Positions 51,589 to 64,000 of a stretch of 64,000 bases of DNA are shown here, one piece after another. The notes under the pieces are model-generated. The model ran no database searches. It worked only from the letters and a program-made list of their open reading frames with translations, and had not been told where the DNA came from. Positions within the stretch are counted from its first letter, which is position 1; the number at the start of each line of letters is the position of its first letter. The DNA is from Lytechinus pictus. Lineage: Eukaryota. The stretch is from the NCBI RefSeq assembly GCF_037042905.1, contig NC_087251.1:31312001-31376000 (forward strand), given 5' to 3'. The position numbers and the translations under genes are program-made.

Positions 51589-51700
51589 GATCTAGTAATG
51601 ACTTAGTGCTGGCTAGCGACCGACGGGTTTCCATTCTCAGCCATTCACTGATAATTCAGTTAAGACAGTGTGTTCCATGTGTGTATGTGTGATGCGAAGC

Positions 51701-51794
51701 TACCTCAGCTCAAGCGATGTAGACGACCTTGTTGGAGCGTACAGTGTAGCGGTAGTGAAGTGGAGTGGAGCCTGCACGAACATCGCTTTAGGTA
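51701..51794. mobile_element. 94-bp asymmetric MITE with 9-bp duplication, same family
   Basis: Right TIR is intact, the left end is TACCT plus diverged sequence. ATGCGAAGC on both flanks. Confidence 0.8.
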
Positions 51795-52715
51795 ATGCGA
51801 AGCGTGCTGTACATGTGTCCTCTGGACGTGTGGGCATTGGTTTAGTGACAGTGTGCATGTGATTGTGAAGGGTTGAAGCCCGGGTTGAAGTTTCTTACAG
51901 CTCTGTGGGTTTATCTATAATTAAATGATTCTCTTTTCAAGCTTAAATTTTTATAATGATGATTGCTACATTCCAATTATTTGATTAAATTGTTTGTTTT
52001 AGAACAGGTCTTTTATTTTGTCCTCAGTCTATTTCTCCCATTACATATCAATTAAAGAGAGTCTTCACTTGTGTTTCATTAAATTATTATACAATGTCCA
52101 CTGTAATGAAAATGGAAACATGCCGGTCAAATGAAAGTGCAATATAAGTGGAAACATGCTGGTCTATTGACTATATGTTGACCATATAGTAGAAACCAAA
52201 ATTTGTTCTCAGCTGTAATTATTCTTCTATGGGAACTTGCTTCTCATAGATCAAATAAAATTTCCGAAGACCCCATATAATTTTGTACTATTTGGTGCAT
52301 TTAAAGAGGAGAAAGAAATGCTTTTTTTTTTCAATTTGCCTAAATTGCATTTAAAAATATACGTTTCTTTTGCTTTCGGCACAGGCCAATTTTTAGAGGC
52401 TGAAATATTAAAGAGTTGATTACTTAAATTTCGTTCTAAAATCTTTTTCATATCACTTGCAAATAGAGAAAATATAGCGCCCCCCCCAAAAAAAACTTTA
52501 ATTTTTAAAGGCATCTCGCACAAATGATTACAATGTTTTTGTTTTATTTATCATTCACTATGAGATCTGTATAAAGTGATAAACCAATGAATTATTTTTA
52601 TATGTATATGTTTCCAATTATTTGCCTACCGGTATTTATTAAAAAATAATGTTTGTGTTGTTATTTGACAATTGTTTCACAGAATTACGTCGTCGGTTGA
52701 CATCTACCTATACCC

Positions 52716-55700
52716 ATGGATTATCTCCATCACCTTCACAACCTTGAATTGCTAAGAGAGGTATGATTGATAAATTTGGTTTACATTGTTTTAATTTGTT
52801 TAAAAGTATTATTGAAATGATTTGATGAGATAACAAAAATGAAAACTTGAAATAACATTTTGAATGTAATTTTTGTTAATCTTGGGAAGACAATTAAGAT
52901 TGCAGTTATTATGTTGGTAGATGTGTAATCAAATCTACATGCACATGTTCACTGTTTGGAACGTTTATAAAGATCACAAAATAAAAGAATTAAAAATAAT
53001 ATTCAACTCTTCTGCATACATGTACAGCTACCTTTGCCAAGACCACGTCGTGGGCTACGGGATGCTAGAAATCCATCGGAATCGTACGAGGATGGGCCAT
53101 TTCAAGATCGGTATCGACTGTCAAAAGAAACCGTCATTTACATCATCAACATGCTGGAAGCCGAATTGAAGAGGGACACACAGAGGAATGATCCACTTCC
53201 CGTTTATTTGCAGGTGTTGACGGCTCTCCGTTTTCATGCAGTGGGTGAGTAATTGAATTAAATGATTATTGAATGTTTCTGGGCACTGTTAAATCTATTT
53301 GACTGAGGTTGTTTCTATTAATTTTAGGACTCCAGACAAAGTTGATGATGATGACAATATCTAGAAATCAGAGAGGGATCACATAAGTAAGAGTATCATT
53401 TAAGCAAACAGTCAAGTACCTATGAATTGCATGCTTAAAAATTCCAAAACTACCACAGCAGGAGTGAAGCTCTGCTGTTTCTGCTGTTAGAACTGTTATG
53501 TCAGGTTAGAGTTATAAATTTGTCATTAACCCTAAATTGGCAGATCACCCCCACCCCCCCCCCCCGAAACTTGGCTGTGTTGCGATGAAAAGCTATGAAA
53601 TTTGGCACATAGATAACAACTCGAGATGAACATACACACAAAAAACTAGAGCTGCAATCGTATCAGAACAATGTGCATGCATTGACGCCTGTGATTTTAT
53701 GGAGGGCAAGAAACAGAAGGAGATAAAGAGAAAACTCCTGAGGATATACATTTTCAAAATATTAAGAGGGCGCTATTTTTATAGGCAATGGTCACTGATG
53801 CGTAAAAAAAACATTTTGCATATGAGGGATGATGCCATTAGCAAACCCTAAAAAAGTGATACCAAGATAAATGGAAACAAGGAAGTGATGGCCATTTTAC
53901 TGTTTTCCAACTTTTTAATAGAGAGCGCTATTTCTTAAAGGTAATGGTCACTGATGTGCGTTAAAAAACATGGATTATGAGGGATGATGCCATAAGCATA
54001 CCCTGAAAATATGAGACCGAAATAAATGAAAACTAGGAACTTATCGTCATGGCCATTATAATATTTCTTTAGTTTGCAATAGAGGGCGCTATTTTTGAAG
54101 ATAATGGTCATTGATGTGTGAAATGAAAAAAAAAACAATTGAATTTGGACTATCATAAGTCAACCCTGAAAATATGAAACTGAAATAAATGAAAACAAGT
54201 AAGTGATGGCCATTTTACTATTTTTGCAATAGAGGGCGCTATTTCTAAAGGTAATGGTCACTGATGCGTAAAAACAGATGAATACGGAAGCATGTTCCCA
54301 AATCAGACCAAAATGAATAAAAACAAGGAAGTTACGGCCATTTTATGATTTTCCTACTTTACATTTCAATAAATATTAATTTTTTAAATGTAGACTATTT
54401 CGGATTTGAATTAAGGGCATGAAGACGGCATTTTCAAGGACAAGTCATATTTTCATATGAAGAGCAACTCTTAAACAATCTACAGCAATTTGTTAGAAGT
54501 GTGTAGCATGCAGGATAAGAGAGTAAGGATGGGATTAGGAATAGTATGCAAATGGACTAGAAATTTACAAAATGGCGCCTGGATGGTCATGCATTGCCCC
54601 TGTCCGTCCGCCCCCCCCCCCCACTTGGTTTCCGCGCAATAAGTAAAAAAATATGTAATGGATAAAAAAAAATTGGTGTGTAGGTATAGGACACCAAAAT
54701 ACAGGCTCAGTTCGAATTCGGAGTCCGCAGGTCAAAGGTCACAGCTCATTAGATATGCGAGTTGGTTTCCACATGATTATCATAAGTTCCAAATGAATAT
54801 TTAGAAATGTTTTTTTATTTGAATTATAATCATGTGAATGATCACACATAGACATCTACTATGTATGGGAAATACCATGTATGTTGTGCGCCATGTTATA
54901 TAGTGGTACACTTTGGGGGTACTGACCAATTTTTTTGAACTTTTATCAATAGATGTGCAAAAACATCAAGGTAAAAAGTCAAAAGCACGGGGCAGAAAAT
55001 AAACATTATTCAATAGCTGTTTTTTAAGTCAGTACTGCTGCTATATCGAATCGCGTATGATGGCGACACTGCAAGAGGCCTTCCACTTGTTAAAATGAAT
55101 TGCAGAAAATTGTCTGATATTTGTAAAAGATGAATATTCTTATGAAATATGTGCTTAATTTTTTTTATCATCAGAAGTATCATCTGTATGTGTAATGAAA
55201 TGTTTTAAAATTACCTCGAAACAATGACCTATCAACCATATGGTTTGTTTGATTTTACAGGATCATTTCAAAAGATGCATGGTGATGAGGCAGCAATATC
55301 ACAGTCATCAATGTGTCGAATCATCAAAGATGTGTCAGAAGCTATAGCAAGAAGGAAAAGGCAATACATGAAGTTTCCTTCGACAAGAGAAGAAGTTGAA
55401 GCAACTCAGCGACAGTTCTTCCAGTACTGCAGATTTCCAGGAGTGATAGGTGCAATTGATGGGACACATGTCTACATCAGGAGCCCTGGTGGGGATCAGG
55501 CAATATACTTCCTCAACAGGAAGAATAGATACTCGATCAATGTTCAGGTTAGATTAATTATACCCTTTCTTAGGCCCTTTTCACAATTAGTGCTGAGACT
55601 GCTTGCAACCTTTGTGATTGTGTGCGACATATATTGTGATCAAATGATTGCAATTGCTAATACAAGCAAATGTGAAAGCCACTTAAATTACTATAACTAG

Positions 55701-56193
55701 AACAATGTACTATTTTGTATAAAGTTTGGCCAAAAAAAAGAATGTGACATTAATTTTCTTTCCTAGGATTTCCTATCACTTCAGTTTCATTTATAGTAAT
55801 TATTCGATTCGTATTTGATTGGGCAATTTTTAAAATGAGTAGTTAATTCTGTAGCATATATATATATATTTTTTTTGTGCAAGTACTGAGCAATTGAAGC
55901 AGTGGAAGGGTGGGGTGATTGTTGGATAAATCAACCTAACATGGAAAGCACACCAATAATTTTTATGTGCATGCATGTTAAAATTGCATTCCAAATATGT
56001 GATAAACTTGCAAAACTCAATTGTTGTGTGCTCCCATTGGATGTCCCAAAGAAAATTGAAAATTAAGTGCCCAGAACGATATAGAGACAGTTATGAATGT
56101 AAGATTTGATATTCCTCTTTTGTCTTCTGCTAGGTTGTTTGTGATCAGGCTGAGAAAATAACAAGCATCGTTGCCAGATGGCCTGGCAGCACA
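52716..56193 (+). pseudogene. Spliced PIF/Harbinger-type (HARBI1-like, DDE_Tnp_4) transposase, 3'-truncated. Exons 52716-52760, 53028-53244, 55261-55547, 56134-about 56193
   Basis: FQDRYRLSKET, LQVLTALRFHAVGSFQ, ISQSSMCRII, FPGVIGAIDGTHV, NRKNRYSINVQVVCD, VARWPGST. About 203 codons are open across three GT-AG introns. The second Asp and the Glu motifs were not found downstream. Confidence 0.88.
53527..55091. repeat. Composite intronic repeat: about 145-bp tandem units plus a HINE-like 3' end
   Basis: AGAGGGCGCTATTT...GGTCACTGATG repeated about 4 times (53766-54270). The end GAGGCCTTCCACTTGT matches the end of the element at 26909. Confidence 0.55.
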
Positions 56194-56300
56194 CCTAACT
56201 CCGCAACCGTAAGTCACTTTTCAACCAAACTTGGATGGTAGATGTACTTAGGCGACCTGCATATTATGCTGCAGTCGGAGGTCACATGGTAAGGTCAAAG

Positions 56301-56870
56301 TGTTCAAAGTTTTTGTAGAAATGTACCAAACCCGACGGTGCTCTCACTCCATGATGTGTCACTGCATCGTAGCAATCCAGTCGGATTTGAAATGGTCTAC
56401 ACACGTTGAATATATGGTCAAGAGCGCAAATAGTCGTTTATATGTTCTTCGCACTTTGAAATATCATAGTCTGTAATTTCAGGACCTTATAGTTGTATAT
56501 ACTAGTTTCGTGAGACCAGTTGTTGAATATGCTGTACCTGTATGGTCAGGAGCACTAACAAAACAACAAGTACAAGTCATCGAACGTATTCAGAAACGTG
56601 CCCTTAGAATCATTTTTGGAGCAGCATATTCTTCATATGAGCATGCTTTACTCCAGTCAGAACTGATGTCTCTTGAAGATAGATGGATCAAACTCTTTGT
56701 CTTGCGTTTGCGAAGTCTATGCAAATCCCCACGTCTAAACTGTATCACCTTCTACCTCAAAATAGGACTTGTCAATATCAGACTAGAAGCTTGGCCGGAA
56801 CAGTAGAGATGCGATGTCGAACTTCACGATATAGAAATAGCCCCTTGCCCTCGTTGATTCGGCACCTTAA
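56301..56870 (+). mobile_element. 5'-truncated CR1/L2-group LINE ORF2 C-terminus, inserted in a HINE-like repeat (about 56190-56300 and 58505-58680)
   Basis: SDLKWSTHVEY...RPVVEYAVPVW...IERIQKRALRII...CRTSRYRNS, with a stop and a frameshift. (GAATT)n tails at about 58025-58040 and 58490-58504. Confidence 0.85.
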
Positions 56871-56871
56871 A

Positions 56872-57265
56872 GAGAAATTCCAGTAGTTGCAGTAAACACT
56901 GATTTCATGAGAAAGTCTGTAAAACAAGGCTTAATTGTCAGTATATCATCGAGGATCTAGATCTGGTACAGTTACATAAACTGAACTTTGTGAAATCTTG
57001 AAATCTACGCTGAAAAATGTTCAGGCTGAAGATCCCCAACACAGATAAGCGCACGTGGGACAGTGTATAATTATTGCTTCGAATGTCGGGCCCGACGCTC
57101 TACCCGAATCCTGTGCTTATTTGCTGATTTCTCAGCAATTACACAATTTCTTCCAGAATCCTTTGGCACATATGTTTTATTTATACAAACAGACACTTTG
57201 GTGGTCATTTCATTGGATTCTGTACGAACTCATTTTGATATCGTTACCAAAACTAGCATTTACCT
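56872..57265. mobile_element. Kolobok-type MITE interrupting the LINE
   Basis: TTAA flanks, AG...CT termini. A related decayed copy lies at about 43330-43718. Confidence 0.6.
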
Positions 57266-59999
57266 TTAACTCTAAAAGAATTGATTACAAGGAGTAGTTT
57301 TTTTTGTGTATATATCTTCCCCTATCGTTACATGTATAATAATATCAAACTACGAATGGCTGAGAATTAAAGAACTCATCATTCATTGGACTCTCAAAAT
57401 GTGATATCATTAAGAGATTGTTTTTTATAAAATGCAGATTACATACTAATTCTAATGTTGAGTTCTCTTTATGTTGGCGAACTCAAGTTTCATTTCATTT
57501 CATTTTACTTTGTTAATCAAAATATTTTTCTTTCATATGAGCAATTATTCACTGATATCTAGTCGTAAACTTAATATCTGAATTGAAGTCATAAAAATTG
57601 CCAAAATATGTATTATTGCAGCATATTAGATTATCGTTTTTTCCCAAAGTAATGTAATTCAGAATTTAATATGTAAATGTGTTTATTAATTTCTCTTTGT
57701 ATATATGTTTAATCGTTTTATGATTTCTGTATACAGTGAATACTGAATCATTTATTTTTATTATTATTTATTTATGTTTATTTGTTTATTTTTTATTCAT
57801 TTTATATATATTGTTTATTTCTTAATTTTATCTTATTTTTTATTCATAAAATTTACTTATAAAAGGGGGCCTTCACCCTACAAGCTCTGCTTTTTAGTTG
57901 GTCTCCTTCCCTTTCGATTTCATGGTATTATTGTATTATAAAAAAATGATTTAAATGTTATATTTTGTTATAATGTATATTGAACTATCATTGTAAATGT
58001 AAAAAGATTGAAAGAGAAAATAATTGAATTGAATTGAATTGCTTCTTCACCCTTTTCTCTCTGTTTCCCTTCCACCATCAATTTCTTCTCTTCTCTCTCT
58101 CTCTCTCTGCCTCTCTTCTATAATAAGTAATAATATCCAAGTCCTTTGGAAGCGCATAGAGACATTATTCATAATTGTGATATGCGCTATACAAGAACTG
58201 TTTATTATTATTATTCTCTCTTCCACTATTTCTATTCCTTTCTGCTTTCCAATTCATTTCCTCTATCCACTCATATTTACATGTATTTTGAATATTTTTC
58301 AATTTTTTTTATTGATCAGTGAGTATCAATTTAAATTTATTTATGATATACTTTGTTACATATGTCTATATTGAAATTTGTTCGTAGTACTATAAGTTTT
58401 TTTACCTTGTTATTGATGATTTTGTTTGAAATGTAAATTTTCGCAATTCGGCTTTTGCCGCAAAGAAAGGATTTTTAATAAACCATTTTGAATTGAATTG
58501 AATTTACAGGTCAACATTAAAGTTTATGTGCAAGGCTCTATGACAAGTGTTATTCCATCCCAGTCATTTCACAATGAAGTTTCAATACAATTATGTTGTG
58601 TGCCCTCGCAAATCACGATATTTCTGGTTATTTTCATGAGTGGGCGAGACACAATCACTGTTGCCATGTTTTATTCTAGAAATAGTAAGCTTAGTATGAA
58701 AAAAATTATTGAAAAAAGCTGGCCCGATTTGTCCAGGTCAGAAAAGGGCAACACAATTTTTGTTCAGGCCTTAAGTGAATGCATTCATACAATCTACCAT
58801 GTGTTTGGGAGTACATGTTTAAATAGCAAATCAGCGTTCCTATTGTAAGGTATCTACTGATTAAAAAATATCTGTAAAAAATTTAAGAATTCTGTAAACT
58901 TGTTTTTTTACGGAAATGTGTAAATTTACATGGGAATTTTGTAAAAGTACGGTAATTTTACGGAAAAGGAATCCGTAAAATTACGGATTAAAAAAAAAAA
59001 TTCCGGCAGCAAAATTTCCGGACAAATTTTTTTTTTCCGTTAATTATTTATACGGAATCATGTTAATTCACGTAAATTTTCTGTAAAATTTCCGTAAATA
59101 ATATCCATATTTTACATGGGAATTTGTAAAAGTACGGTAATTTTACGGATTCCTTTTCCGTAAAATTACGGACAAAAAAAAAAATTCCGGCAGCAAAATT
59201 TCCGGACAATTATTTTTTTTCCGTTAATTATTTATACGGAAACATGTTAATTCACGTAAATTTTCTGTAAAATTTCCGTACATAAAATCCGTATTTTACA
59301 TGGGAATTTTGTAAAAGTACGGTAATTTTACGGAAAAGGAATCCGTAAAATTACGGACAAAAAAAAAAAATTCCGGCAGCAAAATTTCCGGACAAATTTT
59401 TTTTTTCCGTTAATTATTTATACGGAATCATGTTAATTTATGTAAATTTTCTGTAAAGTTTCCGTAAATAAAGTCCGTATTTTCAAGAATTGTAATTTAC
59501 GGAATCTTGTATATTTTACAGAACTTTTCCATAAATTACCACTTTCTGTAAATTTACGGAAAAAAAAAAAAAGTCCGGAAATTCTGCTGCCGGACTTTTT
59601 CCGTTAAAAAACGGAAATTTTTCTAACAGTGTAATGATACCAATTTTTAGGCCGGAAATGACATATCTTCAGCACACACTTCGTGCTCGAATCTAATATT
59701 GTTTAGTAGAATTCCTATCCTGTTCATGATTTGAAAAAGTGTTACGATTGTCCAGTTTTTAGGTTGCAAAATCAAAAACTCTCAGCTCGCGCTTCGCGCT
59801 CGCATTATTTATTGAGGCCTTTCATCTTTAGTCAGGAATACCTCCCCTCTTCGAAATGTATGTATATATATATATATATACATGTATGTGTGTGTGTGTG
59901 ATGGTGTGTGTGTGTTTGAATTAGTAACTCTGTAGACCATAAAAAACGGAAAACTCAATTGTGTCCCCCCTGCCTTTAAGGAGAGATTTCCGCCCATGG

Positions 60000-61190
60000 T
60001 ACAAAGTAATACAAATCCAATACAATTTTACAGACGAGCATTCTTACTTCGTAAAACAAAAAACAGTATAATATTGAGCATAAATGGAAATTGAGGGGGG
60101 TCCACTAAAAAGCAAAGCTTGTAAAGTGTGGATCCCCCTTGGAAATGAAGAAAATATAATCGACTTATTCATATATGCGTTTATATACAGGAAAGAAAAA
60201 AGAGAAGAAATAAAAAGGTCGAAATCATATTGATGTAAACATAATTACAGAACAAATGCAAAGCTATTCACACAAAGAGGTCTTCGCTGTGAAGGATATG
60301 TTGCGCAATAGAAAGAAGAAAAAAGCAGAAAGAGAGAGAGGGAATGACAAGACATAGAAGACAACACAAAACAAGAGACAGGACAGTACAAGACAAGATA
60401 ACATAATAAGTAAAAAAATAAAAATAAAAGGAGGAAAAGTCAGAATGGGGAAGGGCTGACCACAAACCAGCTTGATCTGGTGAAGTAACAAAAGATGATA
60501 TAACTGGACGATAAAATATGAAAAAAGATAAAACAATAAAAATGAAAAATGTAAGGATGATAATCAAGATAATGAAGTGTTAGTTCTTTTGCGAAGAATT
60601 ATATGAATGAAGCAGGATAAGTTTGAGTTTACGTTTGAATGAATTCAAAGAGACACACTGTCTTAAACATTATTAGATAGGGAGTTCCAGAATTTAGGAC
60701 CGTTGAATAGGAATGTATTTTTTGCCAGTAAAGTTTTGTAAAGTGGTGTATGAAGTTCGTCAGAGTGTCTCGTGTTGCAGTTATGATAAAATTGATTTTT
60801 AGGGAACATGGCATCAAAAATATGGGGAAGTGCATTATTATTATAATTATACATGAAGTGCCCTAACTGTAGTAAATACAGGTCTTTGACTTTCAACAGT
60901 TTACTTTCTACAAAAAGTAGGTCCGTATGAGAACGGAAAGCTGAACTATAAATAATACGAAGTGCTTTCTTTTGCAAAAGTAACAATTTATCTAATAAAT
61001 ATTGATGGGTATTACCCCAAATAATAATCCCGTAGTTTAAATAAGGAAAAATTAAGGATGAGTAAAGCATGATTAATGATGTGGAGGGAATGCAAAGTTT
61101 TAGCCTATTAATAATACCTATATTTCGTGAAATTATTTTGGATATATTTTCAATATGATTTTTCCAAGAAAGTTTACTGTCAACTGTTAT
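60000..61190 (-). mobile_element. 5'-truncated L2/CR1-group LINE (ORF2 C-terminus 60663-61190 plus 3' UTR)
   Basis: DSKLSWKNHI...LYSSLIFPYLNYGIIIWG...LQKKALRII...GPKFWNSL. Confidence 0.88.
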
Positions 61191-62321
61191 TGACCTATAT
61201 GACCTGGACATTCTAGGCCTGGGCCTAAGGAAATTTTGTCATCATAAGAAAATGATGACTATCTTCCTATTCCTCTTCCTAATATAATAGCGCGATATGA
61301 AACTTGTCGATATTCCTTTCTGAAAAAGGGACAATTTAGTTATTAGGAATTCATGAAAATTTTATTATCATATCTATGAATGTAATAAGCCTAATGAGTG
61401 AGTAAAATTTGTTGACATTGAGGCCTGAAAACTTGATATTTTAAGCACTTTTGTAATCATGAATAGGCTTTATGAGTTAATATATTTTCAACAATAATGC
61501 GAGCGCAAATCGCGAGACGAAATTTTTGATAAACTGTCATAAAAGGGGGCTTTTAAGTAGTTTGTTATAGAATTGATATATCAAGAATCTTAACAAAGAC
61601 AATATGTAGGCCTTCTTGGCAAATCAAAATAAAATGCGAGCGCACACCGAAAAAAGCTGCAAATGATATTCACACGATAAAACGGACATTTTATAGAGCA
61701 CTTTAAAAAAAAATCAATTTGTAAATCATGAATATGCTTTGTATATTGACTTCAAAACTTGATGTTTTAAGCTACATATCAGCCTATTGAGCAAGATATG
61801 TATCTCATAGAACAGGCTATTCAATTCAATTCAATTCAATTTATTTTTCATTCTTCAACATAATATAAATAATTACATGATAAATCAATTCAATTTAAAT
61901 AAAAGCATGAACAAATTCTACATTGAATAAATAATATACATATTCAATAAGTGATTCAAATATAAATTAACATGCATGTCAAATTTAAATCAATATAATC
62001 AAATATAATTAAATCAATATAATCATATATCATGAGAAGAATGGAGGGGTCCACTGAAAAGCAAAGCTTGTAAAATGTGAACCCCTCAAAAAGTTAGGAT
62101 AGAAAGAATATTGAAATCTTAGTAAAACAGCTGGGGTAATATAATAATATCCAAGTCCTTTGGAAGCGCATAGAGACCCCGGGATAGAGACATTATTCAT
62201 AATATTGTGATATGCGCTATACAAGAACTGTTTATTATTATTATTATTATTTTCAGGCTCTTTTTGGAGATTAATCTTCGATGGAAACGCACATTGACAA
62301 AGTACACAAATACTCTCTATA

Positions 62322-63281
62322 CAGTGCGTATAAAAAATCGGGACAGTTTTGAAAAGTCTGTAAAAAAATTGTTTCATAATATTATATCTATATTTTGATG
62401 TTAATAGATGCTCTGAGACCTTATGTGAAACAAATTATGTTATGGTACCTATATAAAAGACATGAATCCTATTTTCAAGGGGTTATTGAATCCTTCACCA
62501 AGTTTAATTATGTGCTTGACAGGACAAACAGGAGAGGGTTCATGTCTTTCAATGGCAATGGTGTATTGAGTCAATTTTGAAGGGGCAGATCGGGTAAAAT
62601 GTATTAAAAAGTTGTGAAGCGAGCAAGCAAAAATTTCCACTTTTTATTAAAATATCAAATTTTGTGATTTTATAATATTCAGAAAATAATATCATATTTC
62701 CCTTTTTATGTTTTCTGTTATTTTCCTTTTCACTTTTTTTTCTTGTTCATGATTTTTTTTATTTGGGGGCGGGGGGGGGGGGAGTAACCCGAGCCCCCAC
62801 CCATCAGTATGCCACTGTTCAAAGGCATCATAACCTTTGTAGCACACAATGAAAGGATTTGAAAAAAACACGCTCTCCCATACTTCGGTTAAAAAAAATT
62901 GTTCTTGCCTAATAAAGGAATATTCAAAGCTAAAAGAGAACATATTAAAAAGAAACAACAACAACAGAAATATTCAAGCAGATAAGTAGATTTAGAAATC
63001 AATTTTCACCGAATAATTCGAAAATTATGGCAAAGATAATGAATAGGTTAAGAGGATATATGCTGATTAGCAAGAAGTCTGACCATCATTTTATGCCATT
63101 TTGGCGCAAGCCTCCTTTTTAACCCCAGACAAAAACATTCCGTGTTCGCTGAAGCATGAACGAAACTAAATTATTTTAATGGCATTTGAAGGATAAGACT
63201 TCAGAGCACCTATTGACACTAAAATATAGAGATAAAAATTATAGACTTTTCAAATCTGTCCCGTTTTTTTTATACGCACTG
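62322..63281. mobile_element. Tc1/mariner-type non-autonomous element
   Basis: TA-CAGTGCGTATAAAAAA..GGGACAG.TTTGAAAAGTCT inverted termini followed by TA. Confidence 0.85.
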
Positions 63282-64000
63282 TATAGGCCTACCCCCGCTC
63301 TCCCAAAAGTGATTTGTTTTAACATGCACCGATTTCCCGGCAAACACATATAGGCCTATTTCTCTCATTATTGTTGTTAAAATAAAAAAAAATTCTTCTC
63401 AGCTTAAAGAGTTAATATTCATAAATATACTCAACACTCTCCATGCAGTGCCTCCGTATTGATAGGGCCAATGACAGGTTTTGAGCTATTGAGCTCCTGT
63501 TATACTACAAAGTCCATTTGCGCATTTTCACGGTAACTGACGTTACAAGGCACAATTTTACAGGGGCGGAAATCTCTCCCAAAAGGTAGGGGGGACACAG
63601 GGGCGGATCCAGCCTTCGCCAATAGGGGGGGGGGCGGAAATTTGTTTCAGCCAAATTTTCCCCGATCAGCAGCTCGAAGATGAGTTTTGTTTGTTTCTTT
63701 GAAGGGGTAGTCCTCATTAGTCACTTCTTAGCTTTATTCTTATACATTAATATATAATATCATCATCCTTATTCCATGTATTTATATGATTCGAGCGCGA
63801 AGCGCGAGCTAATTTTTTTGGAATTTTTTTGTATTTTTTCATAAAATTTGAACTGATTCTGGGCAATGTTTATCCTGAAAAAGATGTGTATGCAACTTAA
63901 TAATTACTACAAACGCAAAGCGCGAACAGAAATGAACTGATGGAAAAGATACCTGTTAAAGTAGCATTTAACAATCAAATAATGCGAGCGCGAAGGGCGA

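Larger units (their letters stand above)
41687..59631 (+). mobile_element. 17.9-kb DNA transposon with CACTG termini (EnSpm/CMC-like ends) and TA duplication
   Basis: Perfect 12-bp TIR CACTGTTAGAAA with TA on both flanks. Subterminal TTTACGGA/TCCGTAAA arrays at 41700-42040 plus 48664-49570, and at 58865-59620. The host repeat array is continuous across the insertion. Confidence 0.88.

Noticed and set aside
52716..56193. Domesticated host gene HARBI1
   Set aside because: It is truncated before the second and third catalytic residues and sits inside a TIR-bounded element, so no gene symbol was assigned.
41700..59620. CRISPR-like repeat arrays (TTTACGGA arrays, GACGTC arrays, the 48-bp repeated word)
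   Set aside because: There are no unique regular spacers and no cas genes, and the context is eukaryotic. All are explained as transposon subterminal repeats or TIRs with target duplications.

Overview
AT-rich animal genomic DNA with spliceosomal introns. The repeat repertoire resembles a sea urchin or other marine invertebrate (inference). Left half (about 1-31.5 kb, minus strand): a THADA/Trm732-like gene. I traced 24 phase-consistent GT-AG coding exons (5,474 nt, about 1,824 codons) from an ATG at 30191; the gene runs off the left edge. It has KKSAGLP where the family normally has RRSAGLP. Its introns hold hAT elements, Kolobok-type and Harbinger-type MITEs, tRNA-derived SINEs and a Helentron-associated element. 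Right half: intergenic repeat arrays, into which a 17.9-kb DNA transposon is inserted (41687-59631, CACTGTTAGAAA termini, TA duplication, long subterminal repeats). Its only recognisable gene is a spliced, 3'-truncated PIF/Harbinger-type transposase, which does not match those termini. Nested inside are a second 6.6-kb TA-duplicating element with GACGTC arrays, three MITEs of one family with 9-bp duplications, a 912-bp element with an AAT duplication, and LINE fragments. No rRNA, functional tRNA or CRISPR array was seen. All coordinates were read by eye and family assignments were not checked by any search.
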